From assembly GCF_001194135.2 (NCBI RefSeq), contig NC_068983.1, positions 36,252,027-36,316,026 on the forward strand: 64,000 nt of DNA, given 5' to 3'. The notes beneath the pieces are model-generated. The model did no database searches. It had not been told where the DNA came from and worked only from the letters and a program-made list of their open reading frames with translations. Every line of letters starts with the position of its first letter. Position 1 is the first letter of the stretch. A program made the position numbers and the translations under genes. Positions 63,370-64,000 of this stretch are shown piece by piece. The DNA comes from Octopus bimaculoides (taxonomy: Eukaryota).

Positions 63370-63790
63370 TCATCATCATCATCATCATCATTATTTAACA
63401 TCCACTTTCCATGCTAGCAAGGGTTGGATGGTTTGACTGAGAACTGGCCAGCTGGGGGTTGCACCAGGCTCCAATCTGATTTGGCAAGGTTTCTACAGCT
63501 GGATGCCTTTCCTAACACCAACCACACTGAGAGTGTAGTGGGTGCTTTTTATGTGTCACCATCATGGGAGCCAGTCAGGGAGCACTGGCACCGATGACGT
63601 TTGGATGGTGCTTTTCATGTGCCACCAGTATGGGAGCCAGTCAGGGGGTACTAGCATTGACTATGTTCAGATGATGCTTTTTATGTGCCACCAGCACAGG
63701 AGCCAGTCAGTGGGCACTGGCATTGGCCACATATGCATGGTACTTTTTTACATGTCACTGGCATGAGAGCCAGTCAGGGGCGACTGGCAT
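63370..63790 (-). mobile_element. (ATG)n-tailed repeat with a 66-bp x4 internal minisatellite
   Basis: Units start at 63542, 63608, 63674 and 63740. Confidence 0.75.
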
Positions 63791-64000
63791 TGACCGATGG
63801 CACTGTTATTGTTTAGAATTCATTCATGCATGTAGAACTATATAAACAAGCCTGTAGGTGTTTCTCTTTTGTTGGGTAGGCACAAGGTGTGACAGAATTT
63901 TTGTTACTGTTGGTATTATTGGATTGAATCTTTTTGCTCTGACAACATAAAGGTCAAAGGTATAAAGTCCAGTATTTAGGCCCTTAGCAATTGTATGTGT

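Noticed and set aside
2350-63766. Dozens of track ORFs with poly-M/I/N/L/K/S or CV/YI/HT runs, or recurring WLALGRASSCRN peptides
   Set aside because: They are translations of microsatellites and of the (ATG)n-tailed repeat family, with no splice or homology support.

Overview
AT-rich, microsatellite- and SINE-dense animal genomic DNA with four N gaps. The repeat families look like those of Octopus (coleoid cephalopod), which is my inference. Two spliced, convergent genes are supported, both largely invisible in the ORF track. (1) Minus strand: the last five coding exons of a PLEKHG5/Syx-like RhoGEF (62458-62339, 60593-60458, 55630-55518, 54147-53252, 51963-51954). They encode the DH-PH linker, PH domain, a Ser-rich tail and a C-terminal PDZ ligand (...LLLNSNNESEV*); the gene starts beyond the window. 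(2) Plus strand: an orphan four-pass membrane protein of about 200-230 aa (9808-9963, 12989-13054, 14183-14269, 27309-27431, 30767-30918, uncertain end). The rest is transposon-derived: at least five SINE-like families, RTE, R4/Dong-like and Tx1-like LINE remnants, a deleted Ty3/Gypsy element, Penelope-like (GIY-YIG) remnants, a mariner fragment and MITEs. Main observations: a family of minimal hammerhead ribozyme motifs in Penelope-type inverted-tail elements (one with an intact core at 57573-57628, one fused to a tRNA-like head); a splice-or-stop switch controlling the two-residue PDZ ligand of the RhoGEF; an inverted repeat pair bracketing its large exon; and several long foldbacks. No CRISPR array, rRNA or true tRNA gene is supported.
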